Origin: the human T2T-CHM13v2.0 reference genome, Homo sapiens | Strand: one strand, 5' to 3' | DNA: 64,000 nucleotides | NCBI RefSeq assembly: GCF_009914755.1 | Contig: NC_060926.1 | Shown here: piece by piece, positions 44,811 to 60,305 of the stretch | How positions within the stretch are numbered: position 1 is the stretch's first letter | Layout: every line of letters begins with the position of its first letter | Made by a program: the position numbers and the translations under genes | The notes under the pieces: model-generated | What the model saw: only the letters and a program-made list of their open reading frames with translations | What the model was told of the DNA's origin: nothing | Databases searched by the model: none

Positions 44811-45334
44811 TAATGGATGGAGTGACTTGGTTGGTGGGGCAGAAAGAGTTGGAGTCTGGGATAACTCCCTAGTTTCTGGCTTGTGTGATGTTGGGAATGG
44901 TTTGCATAGACAGGGCCACAAGTGAGGGGTTCATTTTGGGATGTGGGGCATTCAGGCAGTGAGGGAGCTTCAGGGACTGTTGAAATGCAAGGTCCGGAGC
45001 TTAGGGAAAAGCCAGGGCCTGGGGTTCAGATGAGGGGATCATGGGCAGCTACGTGTGGTGGAAGCTGTGGATAATGTTAGGATTGCTTAGAGGGTAGAGT
45101 GAGAAGAGGAAGGCGGAGGATAGAACTCTGGGAACATCATTCTGTGACAAGTAGAGAATGGAGAAGCACTAAGGAAAATAAGGAGTGTCCGGAGGTGGGA
45201 TGTGGACAGCCAGGGTTTCCTTTCTTTTCAAGAGCTTACTTTGGTTAAAATAAGATTGAGTGGGTAGCTATCCCTGTAGAGCCTGGGGGCAGATTTATTT
45301 TGGAGGGTATAATATTACTTTTTTCCCAGATAGG

Positions 45335-45335
<1 letters not shown>

Positions 45336-45370
<35 letters not shown>
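45336..45370 (+). repeat. Poly(T)35
   Basis: 35 uninterrupted T. Confidence 0.97.
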
Positions 45371-45371
<1 letters not shown>

Positions 45372-46509
45372 AATTAAAGCTATATAGAAGTTAAGGTTAT
45401 TCTATTTGGTGCTGAGTGGGGAGCCTTATATGCATGGTACTGGGGTCAGGATTGACTTGTATGTATGTGTTATTTAAACTGTTTTGGTTGTTTTGGGCTT
45501 CTGGTGTGTATATGTTTACATAACATTGGTTGTTTTGGGGTTTCTGGTGTATATGTCTTTACACAGTGTTTTAGTAGTCTATTGAAATATATCAATATCA
45601 TTTTTACACAAAAGAACATATTTTTATTGAAGAGAGTGAATGTCAGATTTCTAAAAGTATGTCAATCATGAATGGATTTACCATTTAGCTACTTACAATA
45701 GAAGCACCCAGATTTTTCTGGGAGCCTTTGCTTTTTTCAAGAGAGTGATATTCCTTTTCAGAGAAACATTTGTCTGTGTTGACAATTTTAAAGAAGTATG
45801 TAATTTTAAATTATGAAACTCAAATTTAGTTTTTAATAGTAATTTCTGTGTTTATTCTTTCTATCTTTAAGAGCCAAGTTATAGAATGACATGTGACCTT
45901 GTACTCTTGACTCTATGTCTGGTTGTGGATTTGAAGTGTTATTTTTGTGCTTTCCTAAATGACTTAAGCACTTATGACTATATATTTGGATCAGAATAAA
46001 TATGGTAGTTGGATATACTTGTGAAAAGCCAACCAGATTTTTAACCTGGTAATACCATAGTACTATTCATTCTTATGATTGTCCAGACTCACAGCTTTAG
46101 AAAACAGTCTAAGCTTTTATTGACTTCCAGACTTGCTGGATTTGTTGGTGTTCTCTTTTTCTCTGTAAAGTGGATCAGCCGATGCCATAGATACACTAAT
46201 GCTCCAAGCTAGAGGGCTACCCTGTAGTGTGCTCTTGAGTTTCTTTTCCCACCAGTTGAGAAGAATGCTTCTCCAGACCTGACTGTGTTAATTCCCAGAC
46301 CTGCGTGTGCCCGGTGTACTTATTATAGTTTAATATAATGATTTTAAACATGTGTGCCAAAAGAATTGTTGTTTCTATGAAAATTCATTTGAATTCTTTG
46401 GAAATCACCTGATAAGAATGAATTTCCATAAATGACTGCAGCTAATTTAGGAGTGGCTGAGATAAGTAAAAAATTTGGGGGATCATAAAATAAAAGTATC
46501 CTCACTGAT

Positions 46510-46820
46510 ATTATCAGTCATTCATGATTGGTGGGTTAAGTTGTGATTATGTAAAACTCGATAATCATACTGGCTCAAAGCAGTAACCCATGTTCACACT
46601 GTGTGTCCGTTGTGGATCAGATGGGGACTCTGCTCCATTTGTCCTTAACCTTACTCCAGAACACAGTCTGATGGGGCAGTACCTTCTGGAACGTTGCTGG
46701 TCCCTGTGGCAGAGGGGACGCCTGCTGCAAAGGTCTTATTGGCTATATGCCTGAATTCAGCAAGGCGGGACGTAGAGAGGGGTATGGGGCATTTGTAAAG
46801 GGTAATGAGGTCTACCGCAC
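46510..46820 (-). mobile_element. Possible old MLT1-type LTR fragment
   Basis: GGGGACTCTGCTCCA...CTGGAACGTTGCTGGTCCCTGTGGCAGAGGG resembles old MLT1 LTRs. Confidence 0.45.
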
Positions 46821-49800
46821 TTCACTTTCCAGGGCTCTTTAGAACCTCACTGTTCTTTAAATAAATTGGACTTGGAGGATGATGCCTTGGGATGGTTTAT
46901 AGAAGAAAGACCATTGAGTACAACAGTGGACATATACTCAAAGAAAAGGCTCCAGCACTATAACAAAAGATTGACAATAAATGTATATTTGTAGAGCTTC
47001 ATTTAAAATGACTTGTTTAGGTATGTATCATTTTTTATGACTTCCAAATTTAACTGACTTAAAAAAAAATAAGCCAAATTGTCAATCCTTATGCATTTGG
47101 ATAAGAGAACCTCTACTTTAGTCTTAAACGCTCCTGTCTCTCTTCCACCTCTGTCAAATTAGTTTCCCACCTTTTATGATAGACTCATCTGTGATTTCCC
47201 TTGGCACATCTCCTTTTCATTTCCATTAGCATTATCCTAATTCTTGTTCCTCAACTACTAGATTGGGGCCCCAGATGAATTCCTTGATATACTGTCTTGT
47301 ATAGGGCCTGTATGCAGTGAGAAAAAGGCACTCTTTGGGGCAGACACAATCCCACAGGAGCTCAACTTTATTTTAGTCACCTTATTCTGCCGCCCCCCCT
47401 CCTCCCCAGCTGGCCCACTTTTATGCAGTACACAAACTGAACAACTGCACAGAGCAGTCCTCCTCCCTGCATTTAGTCGCTTTGCCAACAAATTCAGACT
47501 GCCCATCCTCTGCTTAAGCCTCCTTTAAATTTGTTGTCTCTATTGTGCTCAAAATCATTTTGGTGGCTCCCTGTCATCTGTATGTAGTGGCTGACCTCAG
47601 TTTTATCTTCCATGGGACCATCACCAGTGACTCTGAGCCTTAGTTGTTGCCATCTTGATGTGTGACATAAGTAATGACTGTAGCACAGATGCGCTGGTTA
47701 GGCTATGTAATGCTTCTCTCTCCCCGCCCACCCATTCCCACCACTCTAACACCTGTGAGCTCCTTAGGTCTGACTCCTAGTCTAGCCTTGGCTTACCTTT
47801 CATCCCAGCTTCATTGTTCATCAGGCTCCTATACCGGCCGTCCTCTGCTACCATTCTGCCAGGTCACCGTCTTCTGAATATGTTTTTTATTCTTGCTTTA
47901 AACTTCTTTTCTGCTTAATCACATCCAACTCACCTTTCATGGTCGAGTTTCACCTCTTCAGCTATCCTTCTGTGATTCTCCTGCTGTATGATAGTAGCTG
48001 TACCTCTAAACAGAAATGTTCATCTCTATATTCCTCCTTTTGAGGTGAATCGCCTGCCCTATATGAACATATTATACTGGTTATCTTACTCTTAAGTATT
48101 CTTTCCTCAGTTAGATTGCACATGCATGAGAAGCAGTAGATGTGTCTCTCATTCTTTCTTCTTTCATTGCCTGCTAAGTACTGTTTGTATACCAGTAGCA
48201 TGGGTCAGAGTGGGAGGTTGTCAACAGAAGAGTCCAGCATGTATCCATGATGGACTCTCGATCAACTTTATATGATTAACTCATATAAAACAGCCCTGTA
48301 TGGAAGCTGAGGCTGCCTCTTCCTAGCCACAGGATATTGACCTACTTTCCCCTTCTTATCTGCTTGCAAAATATTTGTTGTACTTAGTGTGTTCTCCCTG
48401 TCACAACGAATGTTTGTCTCTCTCTTTCATATGAACTGAAGGCTAAAGTGCTAGTTAAATCAGTGGAAAAAGCAATGGAGAAGAAAAGTTGGTAAGCAGT
48501 TTTAATTTCTAAACCAGAGGGGCCTTATAATTTTGTCATTTAAAAAGAACTCTAGTTTTTCTACCCACCTATTGAGAGACAGACGTAAGGGTAGAAATGT
48601 AAATTTTAAGTTTTGATGATTTATAATATAATAATGTATTTTGAAAGCCCCTTTTTTGATAAACTACTTGTAGAAGGAAGTTAACTTTTCTTAATCGGGT
48701 TTCTACAAGGTAGTTCACTATTGTATGTTTTATTTCTTACCAAAACTTTTCTTGGGAAAATTTGTTTTATTGCTCCATACGTGGTCAAGGTAATTAACTT
48801 TAAAAATGGATTTTCCTATAGCTTTACAGGTTATTAACATGTGCTGTATTCAAGGAGAAAAAACTGTGTGTGGGGGTGTTGTCAGTATGTCTCCTTATAT
48901 AAATATATGAAGTAACTGCTGTATCCTGTAGAATATTTGGAAATTAGCAGAACTATTCAAATTTAGTTAACATTTATAAATGTGAATTTTATAAACAAAA
49001 ATTTCAGTAAACATTTTATTTGTGACTTAAAAATGATTAGTTATGGCATGTCTTATAGGTTGATTTGTTTGTAGTGTCTTTTGTTCTTCATAAATACTTC
49101 AGAATGTATTTAAGGATATGTAAGAATTATGGTGCCTTTGATTTTAAAAGGAATGCTTCCAACATTAGAAAAACCAGAAATTGACCTAGAAAATGTTTCC
49201 AAATTCTAATATAATTGTTGATTTTAATCAGTGTAGGTGAAATAACCCACTGCAGCAGTTTAGCTATTTTCTTTAAAAATTATTTCTCAATTTACATTAT
49301 CAGTGTCTTTTTTGGAACATCTTAGCTATTTTTGTTTGATCAATTCTCAACTAATAAACATTCATGAAATCCTAATGTAAATGTATAAATATCTCTGCCT
49401 TTGTTTACATAGTTTATTGGACTTTATTTTAGTGGATTACTGCTTGAGGAAGCTTCTGAATTTTTATTATTCTAAAAAACTTTTTTAAACCTTGAGTATG
49501 AAGGCATTACCAAAGCTTCACTGTTGAGTGATGCATATTTTTTCCCCTCCTTTACATGTAGATTACTTAATTTGTAATCTTTAGACTTTTTTTTTTTTGC
49601 TTTCCTAACTAGGTGAATTTTTAAAAGTAGCCAGTTCCATTTTGTAGCTAACCATGTATTGTAAACACACAGAAAACATGCTCAAATGTGCCTTGATGGC
49701 CTAACTTACCTGGTTATTCTGTGCATCTTTCTGTGCTGTGTATGGTTGCACTCTTAATATATTTTATTTTGGTTATGAGATCAGAATAAAGAGAGCTGCT

Positions 49801-52800
49801 TTCCTTTGCCTCTGAGTAATGTCACTGAGAGAGATTCTTGTGGTCTGGCATTTGCTGGCTTTTTGGTTTTTAACATTCTCTATAACCAGATCTAGGATGC
49901 ATGCTCATCCCAGAATGAGCAAACTCAGTCTTTCCAGAGTTGAGCCTTGTTTTTTTTTGTTGAATCAACAGCGTTGGAAGCTGGGACAAGATCCTAGGAG
50001 ATGATGTGTTATACGCTTTGTGAGGAAACTGAGGCTTGAAGGTGGCAGTGTGCCCAGTGTCTCACTGTGAGCTAGCTGCAGAGCTGGGCCTGCAACTTGG
50101 ATCTTGTGGATGTTTTTTCCAGAACCACTGCAGTAGTCGTTGTAACCTATGATCTGTTGCAGAATGCCAAAGCTGTTGTTTTCTGGAGGGATAATTTGCT
50201 TCCTTAACCTACAAACAAGAATAGTGCACTAAATTCAGTACATTTCTCTCCATTGTCACTAAAAGAGCCTGAACGATGGGAAGGCCCCTGTTTTTTTTTT
50301 TTTTTTTTTAAAGAAGGCCATTCTGCCATAGTGTATCCCAGGCTGTTTTATGTGAGTGTCTTTGTTCAGAACCAATCCGGAGTGGCCTCCAAAACTAATG
50401 GGTAGAGGAAACCCTATGTGAGTGCCTACCAGGTGCAAATCACTGTATTTTTAATTATAATGAAGGTGTACCTTGAGTGATTGCATGATCCGATCAGGCA
50501 TAAAGAGAACAGAGGAATGAATCTACAAGTGGTGTAAGACTTTGTTGAGGATCTTAGCACATGGAATGAGATTGAGACCCTCTGATTAATAAGCTGATTC
50601 ATTTGGAAGGGAAGTTGGTTTTCCTCTGGTGGCTATATTCAATTCAGTAATCACCAGTCTTTCTTGGCGTCTGTGCACCCACCAGGAACAAATCAGAGTC
50701 GGGTGTGCCAGTTATATTTGAACAGTTTTACGTTCACTTAGGGGTTCCGGGGTCTCAGGTTTGCCAATCTAAACACATTGACTTCTTGGAATTTTTAAAA
50801 TCTGCCTCGAAGGAACGCATTGAAAAGTCCGTGCGTTATAATTAGCATGTTCCCCTGTACAGCTGAGTTTGTGTTTCTGGATGTAACAGCGGTTTATAGT
50901 TTTTGGCTGCCTCGTCCCTCAGGAATTTGTAGCCTTTTTTCAGACGTTAGCTCATTAATTCTCCAGTCATTGTGAGCTGTATAGCATGACGACCGGTTCC
51001 CCTACAGCTGGGCTGCATGCTGCCCATTCTGGACCTTCTAGGGTTGTGGCAGGTGGGGGGTCCATGTTGAGGGGGTGGAGAGGGAGGCAGGGCATGACTT
51101 TCAGACCCAGCCTTGGAGTGGGGTGTGTGCTCTCTGAAGTTGACCTGCCCTTTGGCAGCCATTCCTGCCATGACTCTGTAGAGCTTCCTCCGGGAAATGA
51201 CTGTAGGGACAGTGGTGTTGGCTGCATTTCCTCCTTAGGGTGTTAAACCTCATGTAAGATCAACTGCAAATGAGGTAACTCACTAGGTTAGTTACCTGGA
51301 CACACCTGCTAGGAGACAGGACAGAAGAGTAGGTAAGCTCTTCAAGGTGAGAAGAAGAAAGGGGCATTGGAGAGGGAGAAATTCATCTAATGAGTTTGCT
51401 CTCTCAGTCAGGCTACATAACAGCCCTGTGGAATAGATATTGTCATCCCTGAGTTTTTAGATTAGAAATTTGAATTCCAGAGATGAATTCCTTTGGATTC
51501 CAGCCTGGGTCTGTGGCTCCACAGCCTGTGCCGTACCACAATGGGGTGGATCGAAAGGATCCTTGGTGGTAAACTATTGCTGCAAGCCTTCTGTAATATA
51601 GAAGCAAAAACTCTTTGAAAAATGGTGCAGTGTTGTGAAGAGCTTGGTGATTTAGGAATTAGACTGAAGGGTATATGTAATAGAATAGGTGTGAAAGACC
51701 ATTTTCAGACCCGTCAGAAAAGCTTCATCCTCGCCCTGGCTCTTCTAGAAACCAGCTGGCTCCACCGCCTTCTTTTTTAAAGGAAGGTTTTGCCTGGGAT
51801 TCTAAGGTCTCTCTCCTTGCTCTTTAATTATAAACAAAGGCACTTAGAAATTTTGCCCTTACGTCACAAGTGAGAGTTGGTAACTGGTAATCCAAAACCT
51901 TCCATGTTGTTATAGCAGCCGCTGTTATTTTTGACTCAATTTCTTCTAATTAGTCTAGATGGTATATTTTGTCATTCTCACTTTACACAGTTGGGAAAAA
52001 ACTTTTTTCCCTCTCGTCAGTTTGCAAATTGTAAGGTTCTAGATGCTGTCTTTCAGTCCTTAATCACTGGCCAGTGCCTGGGATTGAGGGTGGTTGATTA
52101 AGGGTATCTCCTTGTTGATGACTTTTATTGATGTAAGGCCAGCTTTTCTATACTCAGACAGAAACAGACCTTGATCTTGGTGGTGCCTGTCCCTCTCTGC
52201 CTATGCAGAGACAAAACCTAGGGTGTTAACCCTTAGATAACCAGAATGTTGAATTAATAGCCCCTCCCACTCACAGCTTTTTAAGGTTGGAGTCAGGTAT
52301 GGCAAATGGGCTTCCATTTGCTTTTATCCATTTGTTTGTTTTCACTTCCTGTTTAAATCTATTGGATTTCTTCATTGCCTGGTAATTTCATGTCCTTTGT
52401 ATTAGCCAGAATTTGAACACAAGTCAACAACATACTATATGGAAATTGCCCAGTAGTTGTGCCTATTTCTTCCATAATCCAAGATTTTAACAAAAGCCCT
52501 CCTACTAGCATTCCATTAGACATTTTCAGCAGAAAGCTTTAGAGAAAATGGGGTGAGGGGTTTCTCAATATATAGTTGGCTTTCACAGTGAATTTAAGGA
52601 TTGGAAAATGAGAGAATTATAATTGGTGAGGTAAATGCCATGAATAGACACACCTTATATAAATATCTTTAAGCAAGTGTGTAGGTAGGAATGAAAATCA
52701 GCCATCACCTAAGTCTTTCCACAAATGCATGTCGGGGCACTCACTTTCTCCAATGCTTTAGGGAGCCCTGCAGGGCACCCCGTGTGGTTCTGTGTGGCCC

Positions 52801-53218
52801 ACCAGCCCCATCACCTTTGAGAATAATGCTGCTTGAGTAAATTGTCCTATAGAATCCAGTTTTCACCCAGTTTGCGTTTTTGGTTGGTAAATACTAAGGA
52901 AGTGTCTTGTCCTTTGGTTTCTAACTTTAATCCTTCATGAGGACATTCCTGGTGTGTCATCGAGGCTCTCTGATGGTCCTTTGCCAGTTATGACCTGGAG
53001 TGGAAGGGTAGCGATGATGGAAACCGTCCTGGACAGAAGAATGGGCTGTGCCTGTCTAATATGCATTTATTTATTCATTTTCTTTCTACACACCAGAGCC
53101 CTGTGTGTCAGCCACGCTGTTAGGCATGGGGCTTGTGCACATTGAGAACTTAAACCTCCCTTCTCCAGGGGAAGAGCAGACAAACAAACTCACAATTGTG
53201 AGGGAAGGGAAGTATTTT

Positions 53219-53596
53219 GGCATATTGGTCTGATCGAGCTGCTGTAACAAGATACCATGGACCGGGTGGCTTAAAGAACAGACATTTATTTCTCACAGTT
53301 CTGGAGGCTGCGGAGTGGGAGATCAAGTTGTTGGTAGATTCAGTTTCTGGTGAGGGTCCTCTTCCTGGCTTGCAGATGGCTGCCTTTTTGATGTGTCTTC
53401 ACACTACAGAGAAAGAGCGAACCCTGGTTTCTTTTTTTCTTATAAGGACACCAATCTCTTCATGGGGGCCTCACCCTCCTGACTGCATCTAAACCAAATT
53501 ACTTTCCAAAGGACCCACCTCCAAATATCATCATACTGGGGGCTAGGGCTTCAACATAATAGATTTTGGGAGGACGCAAGCATTCAGTCCGTAAGA
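53219..53596 (-). mobile_element. MaLR LTR (MLT1A-like)
   Basis: GCTGCTGTAACAAGATACCATGGACCGGGTGGCTTAAA...CATTCAGTCCGTAA. Confidence 0.85.
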
Positions 53597-54087
53597 TTTG
53601 GCTTGCTCACAGCATGTCTCCTATGAGGAATGGTTATTGACACTGGTTTAAGTTGGGGGGTATTTATGTCTGACAAGAGGCTCAGTGGAACCTCTCGAGG
53701 GCCTACAGCTAGAACCACTCTGGGCAGCAAAGGCAGCTGTTCTGTCTGCCTGCCATGGTCTGTCACCATGCTTCATTCTTCTCTTCAGATAGGCTTCCTC
53801 TGGAGGAGTCTGGGAAGGTTCACCCGCATGATAGCTGTTCCCTGGATCTCTATGAGCTCCATGCTCTGCTGCCCACAGCCACCTGACTGTGGTGTCTGTG
53901 TCCTGCTGGCAGATCTTTGGAAGCTTTGTTTGGGCTGGTGTATACCCACCACTCAGTTAGCTGTGGTCTGGCTGAAGGTGCTGTGGCAGGCCTTGGCATC
54001 TTTGTGTGTGTGTAAGTGGGGACTGTGCAGGGGAGAGATTGGACTAAGGAGAAAGGCTGTGGAATCATGTGTTCTCTGCTAAGGAAT

Positions 54088-54669
54088 TTCTTTTTTAACT
54101 TGGTAAAATATACATAACATAAAATCTACCATTTTAACCTTTTTTAAGTGTACAGTTTAGTCACATTAAGTGCACTCCCACTGCTGTGCCGCCATCACCA
54201 CTATCTCTAGAGATTTTTCATTATCCCAAACTAAAACTGTAGCCGTTAAATAGCACCTCCTCATTACTCTCTCCTCCCAGCCCCTGGTAACCACCATTCT
54301 TTTTGTCTCTATGAATTTGACTTTTCTGTGTACCTTATATAAGTGGGATCGTATATTTCTACTCTTGGGACTGGCTTATTTCACATAACTTAGTGCCCTC
54401 AAGGTTCGTTGATGTAGCATGTATCAGGATTTCCTTCCTTTTTAAGGCTGAGTAATGTTCCATTTTGTGTATGTACCATATTTTGTTTATCCATTCATCC
54501 ATTGATGGACACTTGGGTTACTTATACCCTTTGGCTGTTGTGAATGATGCTGCTATGAACATGGGTGTACCAACATCTGTTTGAGTGCCTTCTTTCACTT
54601 CTTTTAGGTATATACCCAGAGGGGGAATTTCTCGGTTACGTAGGGAGTCTGTGTTTAATTTGTTGGAGG
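54088..54669 (-). mobile_element. L1MB-like 3' end, 5'-truncated, inserted in an antisense L2
   Basis: GGTAAAATATACATAACATAAAATCTACCATTTTAACC terminus; TSD CTCTGCTAAGGAAT (54074-54087) / CTCTGCTAAAGAAT (54670-54683). Confidence 0.87.
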
Positions 54670-56418
54670 CTCTGCTAAAGAATCATAATGCTGGCTGAAA
54701 GGCACTGGAGAGTTATTGAAGGGTTTGAAGCAGGTTATGCCTAATCAGATTGTGATTTGAAAAAGTAACTTGGGTGGTGTGGGCTGGGGAAAAGGAAAGG
54801 GCTGGCAAGGCTGTGGTGGCGAGACAAGGCAGAGAGACCCCTTAGAAAGCTCTTGAGGGGAAGGGATAGAAGTGAGCTTAATCAAGGTGATACAGTCAGT
54901 GAGACAGATTGGGTATGTGGGAAGGAAGGAAGAGACAGGGAGAAGCCAAGGATGAGAACCTGGATGGATCAATTGTTATTTTGTGGAATTTAGAGGGAGT
55001 AAGATTTTTCTTGTTTTGTTTTTTATATTTTGGTGTGGGATGATTGATACAAATTTTGGAAATGTGTTGAGCTGTTAGACACAGCCAAGTGGTAGAGATG
55101 ATTGGTAGGCAGGCTGTCGATAATATGGGTTGCTAATTTGGGGTAAAGGAGAAGGTAAGAATAAAGGAGCAGATGGCCATGCAATTTGGCTGAATTTAAA
55201 AGTGGTGGGGGCATTATGGATGCAGCGCCACAATTTCAGCTCCTGAGGAATGATGTCACATTCCTACCTTGAGACAACATATCAAAATTTACAAAACAAG
55301 GAAAGGTGGCCAATTCATTGGTTGTAAAAAGGAGCTTTCAAAAGGATTCTAATAAGTTCAAAAGGATTTAGACTGAAGCATAAGGATGTTGAATTTGGCT
55401 TATAGTCTTTTTGCTCATCTATATTTTCTAGTTTTTTTCTATAGTGAACATGTATTACTTTTAATTATTAAAAAGTTCCTTGAAAATTTCAAAAGTGGCC
55501 TATTTTCTTGACTTTTCTATTGGACCGTGAGTTCCTAGAGGGTGATGCAGGGAGGGGGAGGTACCACGATGTTCACTGTGTTCTTAGCACTTTACACCAT
55601 GCCAGCAGCACAACAGGCCTCAATACTGTAAAAGCTGGTTGAACTGAATTGAATGGAAATTTAATCTAACCCCTCTCAGAGAGATGAGATTCGGTGCTAT
55701 TTTAAAAGATCTAGGAAGGAAATTCCAGTTTTTCTGACTCCCTTAGCTCATTATATTAGGTACTGAACCACATCCTACAGACTTGGCTCCTCTTTTGCCT
55801 TTGTTTTGCCATCAGGATTTGCTGAGAGTTACTGTGTTCATGAAATCTTGCCACATTGGCTCCATTTTCTTACCTAAATATGTTTCTCATGCTATTCTTA
55901 AAAGCATTAGTGATCTTGTTGGGAGCCAAGTAGCTCAATTCTGTTTCCTGCCCTTTGTTGATAATATGTTTTTGGAGGAATGGATCAAAGTGGCTTGAAG
56001 CCACTGTCATTGTTTTGCCTTCTGGTCTGCTGTGACCAAACCAAAGGATGGCAGCTGTGAGGACGTGCATTGCTGTACGACTCAGTTGTCAATCGGAAAT
56101 TTGCATACTTGTTTTCCCTTTGTATATCACTGAATGGCTACCATGTGCAAGAGGCTGTGCACTGTGCTTTCAGGAAATAAAGATGAATAAGGCATGATTC
56201 TTGACACCAAAGAGCTGATTTTCTAGAAAAGGTGCTGTCATGCATACATGACCACTATACAGGGAGGTTAATGAGTGGAACTGGAGTCAGATAAAACACA
56301 CTTGTTACTATGCGAAGAAGAATCCCTGTAGGTGCTGTCTCTGGTGTATATTGCTAATGCTGTTATACTGCTAATGATGTTATAATATATGTGTTTTAAA
56401 TGTCCTCATTTACAATTA

Positions 56419-56631
<213 letters not shown>

Positions 56632-58029
56632 AGAAGTTCCTTCAAATTTAAAACCATGTTAGTGATTTAATATTCTTATTAATCATTGCAACCTCAGCTC
56701 TGATTTGTGAATATTCTTTCAAATTCTACGATAAAAGTGTTTCAACGTATACATTGTTCTTATCTGTGGTACTCTGAGAACTTCAAATTCAATGGAGGAG
56801 CACGAGATAAGATGAATTTTATTTTAACTTATCATCCATCTCCTCTTAGTTATTATTTAATTATTAATTTGGAATAACTCCTTTGTAGTACCATTTTGAT
56901 ATTGAATAGTGGAATTACCATGCTGGATGTGCTGTTTTGTGTAGCCATCTCTGTGTGTTGGGGGGCTATGTTGGTCTTGACATTCCCAAGTGCAGATGAT
57001 GTTGACATATGGTAGGTGGCTTGCAATTTAAGGTTAGTGATTGGGTAGACTCATTAAGTTTACGTGGTAGGTCACAGATGGCCATTTTCAGATGCTATAG
57101 GTTGTTTATGCTGCATTCTCTTGGATTTTGAGGAACTTTTGAAATGCTGCTGTCAGTATTTTAAACGGTATTTTAACTTTGCAAAAGATACCAGTAAATG
57201 AATTAGTGTATGTTGAAATACAGGTAGTAATTTTGGAAGTTCTTGAGATGAGAGTAGATAGGGGAAGGAACAATTGCAATAATATATTTTGTTCTTCTTG
57301 GATGGACAGAGAGCTGAAAAGAACTGGCACAGCCTGTGGAGTTGCCTGGCACCAGTTGGCAGGCTTGTGGCTGGCCTAAATTGGTACCCTTAGATAGAGA
57401 GACTGCTTTTCTGGACTAGTAGCCCAAACTGAATATACTGCCAAGTCCCAAAGTTTTGAAACTAGAACATGGTCTGATAATTTCTTTCCTGGCCTTGGTA
57501 CTTTGCAGATTGCCATAGTTCTTGGTAGTAGAATCCACCTGGGGCTAGTAAGAAGCGTAAGAAGCAGTAGAGTGAGGTGGCACCTCTCCTGGGCTACATC
57601 TGCATGGCAGAAGTGCTTATTTCTTTCTCAGGCCACAGAGGCAGAGGTGGTGCTTGGGATAGGTTACATCTCTATGTCTCCCACCTCCAGGCAGAGTGAG
57701 CCCTCTGAGCAGTGCCATATGTTTTCCTCTCTGGCCTTTCAGACAGTCCAGTTTCACAGCAAGCTTATCTTTTTCTTGTAAATCCTTAAGAAATAACCAA
57801 CCCATACTCTGGCATCTTGAATTTTTTTCAAATTCTCTAATGCCACAGGCATAAAGGTCCAAGTCTCAAGATACCACGGGCCATGGTTTAGTCCACTATT
57901 TCACTATTAAATAGCGAAGATGATCATCTTGTCAGTCCAAGACAGCAGGTCCTCATGCCTGTGCCTTAGATCAGCCAGTTTTTGCTTTTTGGTGTATTAT
58001 TTAGAACACTTCACTTCCTGGTACCAGTC

Positions 58030-58865
<836 letters not shown>

Positions 58866-60005
58866 AAAGTATCCCCAGTGCTCTACATACATTCTCATTT
58901 AATTCTCCCTAGAGCCCCATGCGAATTCTTCTAATGGTTTATGGAAATGTGGAGTTAGCAAGTGATTCTGAAACTTGTGCCCATGGTAAGCACATAGCTC
59001 CTTCAGAGAAAAAAACAAATGGATCCTTTTGGTGGAGCAAATACATGAACTAATTTCATTGACATGTCAAAGTGAACCAAACCAAGGCTAGAGATGGTGG
59101 TCACAATACCAGAAACCACCATAAGAAGATATGGAAATACCCCCACACCGTTTCCTTAGTGTCCTATTTTTACCTTGAGAATGAGGTAGGCTGTCACTGG
59201 ATCTTCTCCCAGTGTCCCTAAATGCTAAAAAGATAAACAAAACAAAGCAAAACTGTTTGCATGATTCAATGACTCTTGGTGTCACCTTTTCACTGTGGCT
59301 TGCTTTATTGTATTTTGGTTTGCAAAATACAATATTCAGAGGTCTTCACTGTTTACCAGTTACCTGTAACTCAGCATTTCTTTTGCACTCTATTCCTCTT
59401 TGGATTAGAAAGTTGGGATGAGGTGTAAAAAATTAGATATAAATTCCACATTGGAAAAGATGGTGAAGCGGGTAATTACAGAGAAAGATTGGCTGCTTAA
59501 TTATTGTTACCTGCAGGGAAGCTGTGTTGTCTTTCTGCAGCTGTTCCTATAAATAGACTATATACAGGAATCCACCCCAGGGCAGAGTTCCTCTTTGCTT
59601 AATTTAAATTGCTGGTTTGAGGTAGTTATTTTTGAAACCCTTCTCAGGTTGACTTCCCCCTTAATCCCTAAGCCTTCTTCCCTCATCTGCCAAATTATAT
59701 GTAATGCATGGCAGCTAGAGTGCTTTTGGCATTACATGGAGCCTGAGAACTTGAACTTTGATTCAAATGTTAATTTATTGTGGACAAATTTATTGTGACA
59801 AATGGTCCTCTCCCTGTGCAAGTCCTTCTGTGGACTCTGGCTCTGGCTTCACCGTCTCTGTGGCTCCTGCTGCATTTCCATAGCATGGCACGTGCCTCCC
59901 ACCCTCATCAGTTTTGTTCTGAAACAGAGCCCAGCCAACTTCAAAATATACAGAGCAGTTCTTTGGGCCGACGTTGTTGAGTTTTAGTGGTATCTGGGAC
60001 TTTTC

Positions 60006-60305
60006 TTTCTTTCTTTTCTTTTTTTTTGAGACAGAGTCTCACTCTGTTGCCCAGGCTGGATTACAGTGGCGCAATCTCGGCTCACTGCAAGCTCTGCCTC
60101 CCAGGTTCAAGCAGTTCGCTGCCTCAGCCTCCTGAGTAGCTGGGATTACAGGCACTGCCACCATGCCCGGCTAATTTTTGTATTTTTAGTAGAGATGGGG
60201 TTTCACCATCTTGGCCAGGCTGGTCTTGAACTCCTGACCTCATGATCCACCTGCCTCAGCCTCCCAAAGTGCTGGGATTACAGGCATGAGCCACCGCACC
60301 TGGCC
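60006..60305 (-). mobile_element. Alu (AluS-like)
   Basis: Perfect 15 bp TSD TATCTGGGACTTTTC (59991-60005, 60306-60320). Confidence 0.96.

Noticed and set aside
51273-51297. AGGTAACT...AGTTACCT inverted repeat
   Set aside because: 8 bp arms are within chance expectation.
53630-54082. 150 aa intronic ORF
   Set aside because: No recognisable domain or exon structure; composition typical of non-coding DNA.
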